Shown: positions 18,244-28,200 of the stretch, piece by piece
How the letters are laid out: every line of letters starts with the position of its first letter
How positions within the stretch are numbered: position 1 is the stretch's first letter
Assembly: GCF_009834185.1 (NCBI RefSeq)
Contig: NZ_CP047173.1
Span: 1,391,725 to 1,455,724 of the forward strand
Length of the DNA: 64,000 nucleotides
Origin: Rathayibacter sp. VKM Ac-2760
GTDB taxonomy: Bacteria > Actinomycetota > Actinomycetes > Actinomycetales > Microbacteriaceae
Reading direction: 5' to 3'
Program-made: the position numbers and the translations under genes
Notes under the pieces: model-generated
What the model was told of the DNA's origin: nothing
Seen by the model: the letters and a program-made list of their open reading frames with translations, nothing else
Database searches by the model: none

Positions 18244-18948
18244 TCACGGCCAGGAGGGCTCCTCCTCGTGGGTGATGACGAGCTCGCGGACCTCGCAACC
18301 GCGGGGCTGGCCGAGGACGAACATCACGGCGTTCGCGACGTTCTCCGGGTCGTTGAGGAGCGCGTCGGGGCCCGGCTTGTACTGGGCGTCGCGGTCGTCG
18401 AAGAAGCGGGTCTTCATGCCGGAGGGGATCAGGGTGGTGACGCCGATCTCGCCCTTGGTCTCGGCCGCGAGGGCGCGGGTGAAGCCGAGCACGCCGAATT
18501 TCGACGCGCAGTAGGCGGTCGCGTCCGAGACGGCCTTGATCGCGAGCGAGGACGCGACGGTGACGACGCGGCCGTGGGTCTCCGTCAGGAACGGCAGCGC
18601 GGCGCGGACGACAGCGGCGGTGCCGAGCAGGTTGACCGAGATCACGCGCTCCCACTCCTCCGGGTCGACGTCGACGAGGCGGCCGCAGCGGTCGATGCCG
18701 GCCGCGGTGACGACGGCGTCGAGTCCGCCGTGCTCGTGGGCGATCTCGACGACCGCCTTCTCGGCCTCGCGGGTCTTCGCGACGTCCACCTGGTAGGCGG
18801 CGACGCCCTCCTGCACGTTCGACACGTCGCGGTCGAGGACGATCGGCGTGCCGCCCGCGGCCGCGACGGCAGCGGCGACGGCGGCTCCGAGTCCGGAGGC
18901 GCCTCCGGTGATCAGGACGCGGCCGATGGGGGTGGGGGTGGTGGTCAT
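18244..18948 (-). CDS. SDR-family oxidoreductase
   Basis: TGGASGLG Rossmann motif and a catalytic YxxxK (YCASK). Confidence 0.85.
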   Translation of the reverse strand: MTTTPTPIGRVLITGGASGLGAAVAAAVAAAGGTPIVLDRDVSNVQEGVAAYQVDVAKTREAEKAVVEIAHEHGGLDAVVTAAGIDRCGRLVDVDPEEWERVISVNLLGTAAVVRAALPFLTETHGRVVTVASSLAIKAVSDATAYCASKFGVLGFTRALAAETKGEIGVTTLIPSGMKTRFFDDRDAQYKPGPDALLNDPENVANAVMFVLGQPRGCEVRELVITHEEEPSWP

Positions 18949-19020
18949 GGGTGTCCCTTCCAGGATCCTCGGCGCCGGCGAGCGGGCGCGGTGGGTGGTG
19001 GTCGGCCGGAGCCGACGCGG

Positions 19021-20395
19021 TCAGCCGACGCGCGCGAGCGCGGCGGCGAGATGGGTGGTCGAGCGGCCCGCGTGGTACGGCACCGTCAGGACGCGGCCGC
19101 CCCACTCGGCGACCGTCGCGGTCTCGGGCAGCGATTCGGCGGAGTAGTCGCCGCCCTTGACCCAGACGTCCGGGCGGATGCGGCGCAGTGCCTCGTCCGG
19201 GGTGTCCTCGCCGAAGACGAGCACGGCGTCGACGCACTCGAGCGCGAGCAGCAGGTCGACCCGGTCGTCCTCGGGGATGATCGGCCGCGCCGGTCCCTTC
19301 AGGCGACGGACGGAGTCGTCCGAGTTGAGGCAGACGATCAGGCAGTCGCCGAGCGCCCGGGCGGCCGAGAGGGTGCGGGCGTGCCCGGCGTGCAGCAGGT
19401 CGAAGCAGCCGCCGGTCGCGACCACGGTGCCGCCGGCGCCGCGGACGGCCTCGGCGACGCGCAGCGCGTCCACCCCCGAGGCCCCGTGCAGGGCGGCGGT
19501 GTCGGCGGGCACGGCGAGGGAGGCGCGACCGCCCGCGAGCAGATAGGCACCGGCCGCGGCGACGGCCGCGCCGACCGCCTCGGACGCAGTGGCCCCGCCC
19601 GCGAGTGCGACGGCGGCGGAGGCGGCGAAGGTCGCCCGCCCCGCACGGGTCCGTCGGCGGCACGGGGGCGGCAGGATGCACGACCGGAACGCCGGCGCCG
19701 CGCGAGCGGACCAGCGCACCGCCGGAGCCCATCGTCACGGCGACCGCGCCGCAGCCCCAGCGCTCGAGCAGCGTCGTCGCGGCGGTCTCGGCGAGGGTGA
19801 CGCCGCGGCCACTCGCGCCGGAGAAGCCGGTGGCCTCGCCGAGGTTCGGCGTCGCGAGGGTCGTCCCGGCGACGGGCGCCGAGCCGCGCGGGTGCGGATC
19901 CCAGACCAGCGGCACCGAGAGCGCGTCGAGGGCGGCCCGCAGCGAGGCGTCCTCGGTCAGCCGGCGGCCGTAGTCCGCCACGACGACCGCGTCCACCTCG
20001 TCGAGCGCGGCGAGCATCTCCAGGGTCACGCTCGGCACCGGCGGTCGCTCGCAGCCGCGGTCGAAGCGGACGACGGCCTGGCCGGAGGCCGCGACCCGCG
20101 TCTTCACCGGCGTCGGAGCGCCGGACGGACCGGCGACCACCCGCACGCCGTCGAGCGCGACCAGCAGCTCGGCGGCATCCGGGTCCGCGGCGTCGGCGAG
20201 CGCCGTCACCAGCACGACGTCGTGGCCGTCGCGCGCGAGCATCCGCGCCACGAGCCCGGCGCCGCCGGCCCGGACCCCGCGGGTCGACACGTCGACCACG
20301 GGCACGGGCGCGTCGGGGCTCAGCCGCTCGGCCGGGCCGGAGAGGTCGACGTCGAGCATCACGTCGCCGACCACGGCGATCCGCAGGCGGCTCAC
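19021..20395 (-). pseudogene. hldE: second hldE paralog (heptose kinase plus adenylyltransferase) with an apparent frameshift between domains
   Basis: The kinase domain reads in one frame to ...PCGAGD. The adenylyltransferase domain (TFAASAAV...GGCFDLLHAGHARTL...LNSDDSVRRLKG) is in another frame. The junction GGCGACCTTCGCC lacks about 2 nt relative to GGC GAC ACC TTC GCC. This could be a sequencing error. Confidence 0.6.
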
Positions 20396-21024
20396 GCGGC
20401 CGCCCCCGTCCGCACGCGGATCCGGTGCTCGAACGCCCGGCAGAGCGCGTGCACCAGCACGAGCTGCGCCTCCTGCACGTTCGAGCCGTGGCCCTCGAGA
20501 GCGATCGACTCGTCGCAGGCCTCGGTCAGCGGGTTCGGCCCGTCGCCGGTCAGCGCCCAGGAGCGGGCTCCGGCTGCGCGCGCCGCCTCGGCCGCGTGCA
20601 GCAGGTTGGCGCTGCGGCCGCTGGTCGAGAGCAGCACGACGACGTCGCCGGCGCGGGCGTGCGCGGTGACCTGGCGGGAGAACACGTGGTCGAAGCCGTA
20701 GTCGTTGCCGATGGCGGTGAGGCTGGAGGTCTCGGAGTGCAGCGAGATCGCCGAGAACGGCACGCGGTCGCCGTCGAAGCGGCCGACCAGCTCGGCAGTG
20801 AGGTGCTGCGCCTCCGCCGCCGAGCCGCCGTTGCCGGCCGCGAGCAGCCGCGCGCCGGAGTGCAGCCGGTCGGCCAGCTCGACGCCCCAGGCGACGATCC
20901 GGTCGGAGTGCCGCTCCAGCTGCGCGACGACGTCGAGCGCGCGGGCGATGTGGTCGTCGACGAGGCGCCGGGCGGCGTCCGTCGGGGTGTCGGTCGGGGT
21001 GTCCAGAACGGTGTCGATGCTCAT
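20392..21024 (-). CDS. gmhA: D-sedoheptulose-7-phosphate isomerase (SIS domain)
   Basis: 210-aa SIS-domain protein ([20 protein letters not shown]...[11 protein letters not shown]). ATGA overlap with the upstream GT4 gene. Confidence 0.85.
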   Translation of the reverse strand: MSIDTVLDTPTDTPTDAARRLVDDHIARALDVVAQLERHSDRIVAWGVELADRLHSGARLLAAGNGGSAAEAQHLTAELVGRFDGDRVPFSAISLHSETSSLTAIGNDYGFDHVFSRQVTAHARAGDVVVLLSTSGRSANLLHAAEAARAAGARSWALTGDGPNPLTEACDESIALEGHGSNVQEAQLVLVHALCRAFEHRIRVRTGAAA

Positions 21025-22337
21025 CTGCGCGGGGCCGCCTTCCGGGGGGTGGAGGAGAGGGGAGTGCGGGCGGTGCCGCTCATGGCGGCCTCGCCGTCGC
21101 CGAGTCCGGCGAGGGTGGTCAGGTAGGCGCGCTCCGTGTCCGCGGCGACGCGGTCCCAGGAGTAGCGCGCCTCGACGCGGGCGCGGCCGGCGGCCCCGTA
21201 GGCACGGGCGCGCTCGGGGTCGGCGATCAGCGCGGCGAGCGCCTCGGCGAGGGCCTCGGGGTCGCGCGGCGGCACGTGCACGCCGGTGACGTCCTCGACG
21301 ACCGTGTCGATCAGCCCGCCGACCGAGGAGGCGACCACCGGCACGCCGCAGGCCATCGCCTCCAGCGGGGTGATGCCGAACGGCTCGTACCAGGGCGCGC
21401 AGATCACGATGTCCGCCGATCGGAGCATCGCCGGCATCTCGGTCTGCGAGAGCTGGCCGGCGAAGTCGACGCGATCGGCGACGCCGAGGCCCTCGGCGAC
21501 GCTGTGCAGGCGCTGATACTCCGGGTCGGCGGCGAGCGCGTCGCCCGAGCCGGAGCCGCCGACGATCACCAGCTCGGCGTCGCAGCCGTCGGCGACCAGG
21601 CGGGCGAGCGCCTCGATGGCGTGGCCCATGCCCTTGCGCGGCACGAGGCGGCCGATGCTCATCAGGCGCACCCGCCCGGAGCGCTCGGCGACGGGTCCGT
21701 CGGGCGTGAACCGCTCGAGGTCGACCCCGCAGGGCACCACCGAGATGCTCGCGGTCGGCACGCCCAGGCCCTTGAGCTCGAAGGCCTCGTCGGAGCAGGT
21801 GGCGACGACGCCGTCCGCCCGCTGGCCGACGCCGGGCTCGAGCCAGGCGCGCTCCTCGGGGCTGGTGTCGAGCGCGCCCTGCTGGCGGCGCTTCACCACG
21901 CCGAGCGCGTGGAAGGTGTGGAAGACGGGCACGCGGCGCCCGGTGGCGCGCTCGACCCGCTCGGAGGCGTCGAGGGCGGCGACCCCGGACATCCAGAAGT
22001 GGCTGTGCACCAGGTCGGGGCGGGAGTCGAGCCAGTCGTTCGCGAGATCGACGGCGAAGTCGCCCATGAACGGCAGCAGCTCGTCCTTCGAGACCTTGGC
22101 GGCCGGCCCGGCGTCGATGTGCACGACCTCGACGCCGGAGGTGAAGGGCACGCGCCGGGGGAGGGACGCGTCGTCGCGCCGGGTGTAGACGGTGACGCGG
22201 TGGCCGCGGCGCGCGAGCGCGTCGGCGAGCGCGGCGACGTGCACGTTCTGGCCGCCGGCGTCGACGCCGCCGAGCGTCGCCAGCGGGCTGGCGTGCTCGG
22301 AGACCATCGCGATCGAGAGGGGTCGGGTCGAGGTCAC
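21021..22337 (-). CDS. glycosyltransferase family 4
   Basis: GT-B with the [18 protein letters not shown] motif. Confidence 0.85.
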   Translation of the reverse strand: MTSTRPLSIAMVSEHASPLATLGGVDAGGQNVHVAALADALARRGHRVTVYTRRDDASLPRRVPFTSGVEVVHIDAGPAAKVSKDELLPFMGDFAVDLANDWLDSRPDLVHSHFWMSGVAALDASERVERATGRRVPVFHTFHALGVVKRRQQGALDTSPEERAWLEPGVGQRADGVVATCSDEAFELKGLGVPTASISVVPCGVDLERFTPDGPVAERSGRVRLMSIGRLVPRKGMGHAIEALARLVADGCDAELVIVGGSGSGDALAADPEYQRLHSVAEGLGVADRVDFAGQLSQTEMPAMLRSADIVICAPWYEPFGITPLEAMACGVPVVASSVGGLIDTVVEDVTGVHVPPRDPEALAEALAALIADPERARAYGAAGRARVEARYSWDRVAADTERAYLTTLAGLGDGEAAMSGTARTPLSSTPRKAAPRR

Positions 22338-23340
22338 AGGGTGCTCCCTTCGCGGGTTCCGGCGGTGGACAGGGTGCGCGGGGCGGCGGCGAGGTCGCCG
22401 AGCACCCCGTCCCAGTCGCGGTGGAACCGGCCGAGGCTGTAGCGCGCGAGCGCGGCCTCACGGGCGACCGCGCCGGCGATCGCGGCCCGCTCCGGATCCT
22501 CGATCAGCGCGCGGGCCGCGGCGGCGAGTGCGTCCAGGTCGTTCGAGATCGCGCCGGCCTCGGGCGGCACGGCGCGGCCGGCCTCGGTCGTCTCGAGCGC
22601 GACGACCGGCATCCCCAGGTGCATCGCCTCGAGCAGCGCGAGCCCGAGCGAGGTCCAGCGGAACGGGTGCAGGTAGACGCGGCGGCGGGCGAGCTCGGCG
22701 TGCATCGCGCCGGTCTTCACATCGCCGAGCACCTCGAGCCGGTCGGCGGGCAGCCCGGGCGTGCCGACGAGCCCCTCGGTCTTCATCCCGAAGACGTCGA
22801 GCGGCGCGACCGCGGCGAAGCGCGGCAGCAGATCGGTGCCGGTCACCCGCTGACGGCGCACCGGCTCGTTGATGACGACGCCGAAGCGCGCCAGCTCGCC
22901 GGTGTAGAGCGGTCCGGGGTCGTTGATCCCGTGCTCGATCACCGTGGTGCGCGTCGATCCGGTATCCCACATCAGCGCGTTGAAGTGCGTCACGTGCACG
23001 AGCAGGAGGTCGTCGCGGTCGGCGAGCGGGTGGCGGTTGTCGGGCACGTCGCCGCGGGGCGTGTTGTGCTCGACGTAGACCGCGGGGATCTCGCGGCCGA
23101 GCCGCCGGCCGAGCAGCCGCTCCGCCTCGGCGAGCTCGTCCGGACGCTGGAGGAGGACGACGTCGACGTCGGCGTCGCGCAGCTCCTCCGGGGCGATCTC
23201 GATCGTGTTCGGCCAGTCGCGGCCGCCGGTGCCGAGGCCCCAGCCGTCGCGGGCCGGAGTGGTGGGGAGCAGGTACTCGTGGTCGCCGCGGACGAACGCG
23301 TCCGCCCAGCCGCCGTGCACGTGCCAGAGCAGGATCCTCA
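22334..23340 (-). CDS. glycosyltransferase (GT-B, GT4-like)
   Basis: [13 protein letters not shown]-terminus and the C-terminal motif [18 protein letters not shown]. It is start/stop coupled to both neighbours. Confidence 0.8.
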
Positions 23341-24420
23341 TGCGAGTGCCTCCGAGGGTGTGGTGGTGGGGGTCGTCGTGGCTGTCGTCGTGGCGCGGCG
23401 CGGGAGCGCGCGGAGCCGGTGCGCGGCGGCCACCGCCTCCTCGGCGCTCACCCCCGCGAGGCAGGGGTGACCGGGCACCGGGCAGACCCGCGCGCGCGAG
23501 CCGGCGCAGGCCGCGCCCTGATCGCCGAGCAGCTCGACCGGCACGCCGTAGGGCGCCCAGCGGATCGCCGGGACGACCGGTGCGAACAGGCTGACGACCG
23601 GGGTGCCGACGGCCGCCGCGAGGTGGGCCGGGCCGGTGTTGCCGCTGATCACGACCTCGGCGCGCGCGAGCACCTCGGCCGCGCCGGCGAAGTCGGTGGC
23701 GCCGCCGAGGTCGATGCCGCGGCTGCCCGCGACCTGCGCGGTGAGCACTCGCTCGCCGGGCCCGCCGGTGACGGCGACCGCGACTCCGGAGTCGGCGAGC
23801 AGCTCCACGGCACGCGCCGCGTTCTCGGCCGGCCAGGCCCGCGCGGGAACGGCGGCACCGGGGTGCACGACCACGTACGGGCCGACCCCCTCGAGCGCGG
23901 CGGGCAGCACGCCCTCGCGGCGCACCCGCAGCAGCCCGTCGTCGCCCTTCGGCAGCGCGAAGCCCGCGGCCGCCGCGATCGCGAGGGCGCGCTCCGGCTC
24001 GGGCTGGTCCTCGTCGAGGGTCTCGCCGGGCACCAGCCGCACGTCGAGCAGGGCACCGGCGAAGTCGACCGAGGCGCCCGAGATCCGGGCGACACCGGCC
24101 AGGCGCAGCAGCAGCGCGAGCGGCAGCGGCGACTGGTGGAAGGAGGTGAGGATCACGGCCTCGTCCGGAGCGAACTCCTCGACGATCGCGCGCAGCTCCG
24201 CCACCAGGGCGGCGTCCACCGGCCGCGAGGCGTCGCCGATCCACGGGCAGGACCAGGTGCGCACCGACGTCGGCCCCGGCAGCAGCGCCGCGGCGGGCGC
24301 CCCCTGCGGCCCGGCGAGCAGCAGCACCTCGGCATCCGCGGCGATCGCCCGCACGGCCGGCCCGCAGAGCAGCACGTCGCCCGCGCTGTCCAGCCGGGCG
24401 ACCAGCACCCGCCGGGTCAC
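23338..24420 (-). CDS. glycosyltransferase family 9 (heptosyltransferase-like)
   Basis: GT9 fold (HPGAAVPARAWP...ISGNTGPAHLAAAVGTPVV). GTG start overlapping the gmhB stop. Confidence 0.85.
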   Translation of the reverse strand: MTRRVLVARLDSAGDVLLCGPAVRAIAADAEVLLLAGPQGAPAAALLPGPTSVRTWSCPWIGDASRPVDAALVAELRAIVEEFAPDEAVILTSFHQSPLPLALLLRLAGVARISGASVDFAGALLDVRLVPGETLDEDQPEPERALAIAAAAGFALPKGDDGLLRVRREGVLPAALEGVGPYVVVHPGAAVPARAWPAENAARAVELLADSGVAVAVTGGPGERVLTAQVAGSRGIDLGGATDFAGAAEVLARAEVVISGNTGPAHLAAAVGTPVVSLFAPVVPAIRWAPYGVPVELLGDQGAACAGSRARVCPVPGHPCLAGVSAEEAVAAAHRLRALPRRATTTATTTPTTTPSEALA

Positions 24421-25028
24421 GCCTCGTCCTCGTCGGGCTGCATCGCGAGCAGCAGCTCCACGGCCTCGAGGAGCGTCGCCGCGCGCAGCGGTGCGGCGGT
24501 CACCTCCTCCGTGCGGGTGATCGGGGTCGGCACGAGGACGCCTCGCGCGCCGGCGGCGGCCGCGGCCCCCACATCGGCGCCGATGTCGCCGATCACAGCG
24601 AGCGACTCGGCGGGCAGATCCAGAGCCCGGGCCGCCTGGAGCACCATGCCCGGAGCGGGCTTGCGGCAGGCGCAGCCGTCCTCCTGCCCGTGCGGGCACA
24701 GCTGCCAGGTGTCGAAGCCGCCGAAGAGCTCGTCCACGCGGCGGTTCACCGCGTCGGCCTGCTCGCGGTCGATGATGCCGCGGGCGATGCCGGACTGGTT
24801 GGTGACGACGCCGACGGCGAGCCCCGACTGGCGGGCCCGGTCCACCGCGTCGAGGGCGGTCGGCATCGGCTCGACCCGCGCCGGGTCGCCGTTGTAGGGC
24901 ACGTCGACGACGAGCGTGGCGTCGCGGTCGAAGAGGATGCCGCGCAGCCGCGGCGCGCCCGCGACGGACGCGACGGGCGCGTCCTCGGCGGTGCGGTGCG
25001 CGGAGCCCTGCTGGATCGAGTCGTTCAC
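24417..25028 (-). CDS. gmhB: D-glycero-D-manno-heptose-1,7-bisphosphate 7-phosphatase (HAD, histidinol-phosphatase-like)
   Basis: HAD motif I (ILFDRDATL) plus a Zn-binding Cys pair (CPHGQEDGCACRKP). The start is taken as GTG at 25028 with a GGAGAAGG RBS. An ATG at 25061 is also possible. Confidence 0.8.
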   Translation of the reverse strand: MNDSIQQGSAHRTAEDAPVASVAGAPRLRGILFDRDATLVVDVPYNGDPARVEPMPTALDAVDRARQSGLAVGVVTNQSGIARGIIDREQADAVNRRVDELFGGFDTWQLCPHGQEDGCACRKPAPGMVLQAARALDLPAESLAVIGDIGADVGAAAAAGARGVLVPTPITRTEEVTAAPLRAATLLEAVELLLAMQPDEDEA

Positions 25029-25156
25029 CTTCTCCTCGTACCCCCCTCGTCCGGGTTCCAAACGCGGGGGAGGAGAAGTCGTCCGCTCGGGCGCGTCGGT
25101 CGCCGTCCGCGTCTGCGCGGGTCCGGGGTCTCCGCGGGTCCGGGGATCCGCGCGCC

Positions 25157-25212
25157 TGAGGATCCCGCGTCCGAGGATCCCGCGTCTGAGGATCCCGCGT
25201 CTGAGCCGCTCG
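25157..25212. repeat. 15-bp tandem direct repeat (GAGGATCCCGCGTCT about 3.5 copies) in a divergent promoter
   Basis: TGAGGATCCCGCGTC / CGAGGATCCCGCGTC / TGAGGATCCCGCGTC, preceded by a CGGGTCCGGGG duplication. It lies between the gmhB-operon start and the GT9 gene at 25250. Confidence 0.7.
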
Positions 25213-25249
25213 GAGCGGGGTACGGGACCTCCGACAGGAAGGAGGCGCC

Positions 25250-26272
25250 GTGCGCGCTCTCACCGCCCCCGACGGCACCCCGGAGATCCTCGCCCTGCGA
25301 GCCCTCAAGCTCGGCGACCTCCTCGTGGCCGTCCCCGCGCTCAAGGCCCTGCGCCGCGGGTTCCCCGAGCACCGGCTGATCCTCGCGACCACGCCCTGGC
25401 TCGAGCCGATCGTCGACCTCGTCGACGGCCTCGACGCGCTCGTCCCGACCCTCCGCGGTCTCGACGACCCGCTGCCGGTCGATCCGGGCCGGATCGAGCT
25501 GGCCGTCAACCTGCACGGCAACGGCCCGGAGTCGCGCGACGCCCTGATCGCGCTGGAGCCGCAGCGCCGGCTCGATTTCCGCGTCCCCGCCCTCGACCCG
25601 GATGCGAGCCACGACGACCCGCGCCCGCTCTGGATCGACGGGGAGCTCGAGCGCGCCCGCTGGGCCCGCCTGGTCAACTCCATCGGCCTCGACGCCGACC
25701 CGGAGGACGTGGCCATCGCCGTCCCGGACGCGCCGGCTCCGGTCGCCGGCGCCGCGATCGTGCACATCGGCGCCTTCTACGGCTCGCGCGAGTGGCCGGA
25801 GGAGCGCTTCGCCGCCGTCGCCCGCTCGCTCGCCGCCGAGGGCCACCGCGTCGTCTACACCGGGGGTGCGAACGAGGCCGACCGCGCCCGCCGCGTCGCC
25901 GAGCTGGCCGGCACCGGCGAGGTGCTCGCCGGCACGATCGACCTGACCGGGTTCGCGGCGGTCGTCGCAGCCTCCGAGGTCCTCGTCACCGTCGACACCG
26001 GAGCCGCGCACCTCGCCTCGGCCTACGGCATCCCGTCGGTGGTGATCTTCGGACCGGCGCCGCCCGAGGCCTGGGGCCCGCCGGTGAGCGGACCGCACGT
26101 CGTGCTGACCGACGCGTCGCTCCGCCGCGGCGACGTCTTCTCCTCCGAGCCGGACCCCGCGCTGCTCGCGGTGCAGACCGAGCACGTGCTCGACGCGCTC
26201 GCCGCTCTGCCCTCGCGCGCCGAGGCGCACCTCAGGCGGTCCGCAGCCGCGCTGCCGGGCGGACGGGCGTGA
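25250..26272 (+). CDS. glycosyltransferase family 9 (heptosyltransferase-like)
   Basis: GT9 motifs (LKLGDLLVAVPALKAL...VDTGAAHLASAYGIPSVV). GTG start with a GGAAGGAGG RBS. Confidence 0.85.
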   Translation: MRALTAPDGTPEILALRALKLGDLLVAVPALKALRRGFPEHRLILATTPWLEPIVDLVDGLDALVPTLRGLDDPLPVDPGRIELAVNLHGNGPESRDALIALEPQRRLDFRVPALDPDASHDDPRPLWIDGELERARWARLVNSIGLDADPEDVAIAVPDAPAPVAGAAIVHIGAFYGSREWPEERFAAVARSLAAEGHRVVYTGGANEADRARRVAELAGTGEVLAGTIDLTGFAAVVAASEVLVTVDTGAAHLASAYGIPSVVIFGPAPPEAWGPPVSGPHVVLTDASLRRGDVFSSEPDPALLAVQTEHVLDALAALPSRAEAHLRRSAAALPGGRA

Positions 26273-27163
26273 CGGTCGCGACCCGCGCGCGGGCCGCCCT
26301 GGGCTGATGGCTGCGCGAGGGGGCGCCGAGGCGGTCGGCGAGCTGCGCGAGGATCCGGCGCTGCAGCCGCGAGACCTGCATCTGCGTGGTCCCGAGCGCG
26401 TCGGCGATCTGCTGCTGCGTCATCTCCTCGACGAAGCGCATCCGGAGCAGCTCGCGCTGGCCGGCCTCCAGCTCCGCGAGCGCCTCGGCCAGACCGTGCC
26501 GGCGGTCGATCGCGGCGAGGTCCGCGTCGTCTCCGCCGAGCGTCTCGCCCAGGCGGACGCCGGTCTCGCCGACCGACTCGTCGAGCGAGAGCGGGTGCCC
26601 CGCCGAGCGCGCGTCCGCGACCTCGGCCGGGTCGACGCCGAGCCGCCGCGCGATCTCGCGATCGGACGGATGACGGCCGAGCTCCTGCGCCAGCTCGTCG
26701 GCGACGACCGCCGAGCGCCGGTGCAGCTCCTGCACCCCGCGGGGCGGCCGGATCATCCAGCCCAGATCGCGGAGATGGCGCTTCAGCTCACCCGTGATCG
26801 TGGGCACCGCGAACGCGGCGAAGCTGTCGCCGCGCTCCGGGCTGAACCGCCGGGCCGCCTTCACGAGACCGACGTAGGCGACCTGCCGGAGATCCGCGCG
26901 ATCGCCGCCGCCGCGGGAGACCCGGTTCGCCATCGCCTCGGCCAGGCCGAGGTGGTCGAGCACGATGCGCTCGCGGATCCGCGCGCCCTCGGCGTCGTCG
27001 GCGCCGGCCGCCGCCTGGAACAGCGAGAGCGTGCGCGCGTCCTTCTCCTCGCGCGGCGATCCGGCCGCCGGGGGGAGCGCGGGCGGCACGGAGGCGGGCG
27101 GCACAGGGGCGGGCGGCACGGGGGCGGGGAGTGCAGTGGCGGTGGCGAGAACGACCGTGCTCA
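26232..27163 (-). CDS. RNA polymerase sigma factor, group 3 (SigB/SigF-like)
   Basis: Sigma-70 regions 2, 3 and 4 are present (region 4 HTH: EEMTQQQIADALGTTQMQVSRLQRR), with a Pro/Ala-rich N-terminus. It is convergent with GT9 and overlaps it by 40 nt. Confidence 0.85.
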
Positions 27164-27352
27164 TCGGTACCCCTTCCGGGCATGCTGGCGCCCAGGTCCG
27201 GAGCGGCGGGTTGCGACGCGCTCGTCGTCGAGCGGCCCCGGGAGAAGCGGTGCCCACAGGCCACCACTGCTCCTCTCGTTCTAGAAGTCCGTTGACTCGG
27301 AGCACTGCTTCGCGCTAGGCACCCCGAGCGCACCCGCCTCCGGCACGTCGAA

Positions 27353-28200
27353 CCACCTCCGGCTCGCAGATCCGCGTCCGGCTCGCTGAATCTCCCGTTT
27401 CCCGCGAGCCGAGCCTGTTTCCGCGAGCCGAGCCTCGACCCGTGGCACCTCCGGCTCGCAGAATGACGTCCGGCTCGCCGAATCGCCTGATTCCCGCGAG
27501 CCGAACCGGTTTCCGCGAGCCGAACCTCGGCCCGCGTCACCTCCGGCTCGCAGATTCGCGTCCGGCTCGCTGAATCGTCTGAATCCGGCGAGCCGAACGG
27601 GTTTCCGCGAGCCGAACCTCGGTCCTCGTCACCTCCGGCTCGCAGATTCGCGTCCGGCTCGCTGAATCGCCCGTTTCCCGCGAGCCGAACGGATTTCCGC
27701 GAGCCGAGCCTCGACCCGTGGCACCTCCGGCTCGCAGAATGACGTCCGGCTCGCCGAATCGCCCGATTCCCGCGAGCCGGACCGGTTTCCGCGAGCCGAA
27801 TCTCGGTCCGAGTCACCTCCGGCTCGCAGATTCGCGTCCGGCTCGCTGAATCGCCCATTTCCCGCGAGCCGGACCGGTTTCCGCGAGCCGAACCGCGACC
27901 CGCGTCACCTCGGGCTCGCAGAATGACGTCCGGCTCGCTGAATCACCTGATTCCCGCGAGCCGAACGGGTTTCCGCGAGCCGAACCTCGGTCCGCGTCAC
28001 CTCCGGCTCGCAGATTGACGTCCGGCTCGCCGAATCGCCTGATTCCCGCGAGCCGGACCGGTTTCCACGAGCCGAGCCTCGGCCCGCGTCACCTCCGGCT
28101 CGCAGATTGACGTCCGGCTCGCCGAATCGCCCGTTTCCCGCGAGCCGAACCGGTTTCCGCGAGCCCGACCTCGGCCCGCGCCACCTCCGCCCCGCAGACC
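27353..28200. repeat. 92-bp tandem repeat array, 9 units plus a degenerate 10th
   Basis: Unit starts at 27353, 27445, 27537, 27629, 27721, 27813, 27905, 27997 and 28089. Each unit is CACCTCCGGCTCGCAGAnnnnnnTCCGGCTCGCyGAATCGCCyGwTTCCCGCGAGCCGAACCGGTTTCCGCGAGCCGAACCTCGGyCCGCGT, i.e. two CCGGCTCGC and two GCGAGCCG blocks per unit (cruciform-capable). Two unit subtypes alternate (GATTCGCG versus GAATGACG). Confidence 0.9.

Noticed and set aside
24916-26307. 463-aa plus-strand ORF with RIPRPRIPRLRIPRL repeats
   Set aside because: The peptide repeat is just the in-frame reading of the 15-bp intergenic tandem repeat. The rest is off-frame to the real GT9 gene (25250..26272).
27353-28200. The 92-bp array as a CRISPR locus
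   Set aside because: Whole units, repeat-plus-spacer, are conserved. There are no unique spacers, no cas genes nearby, and the period is 92 bp with an internal palindrome. It is a tandem minisatellite.
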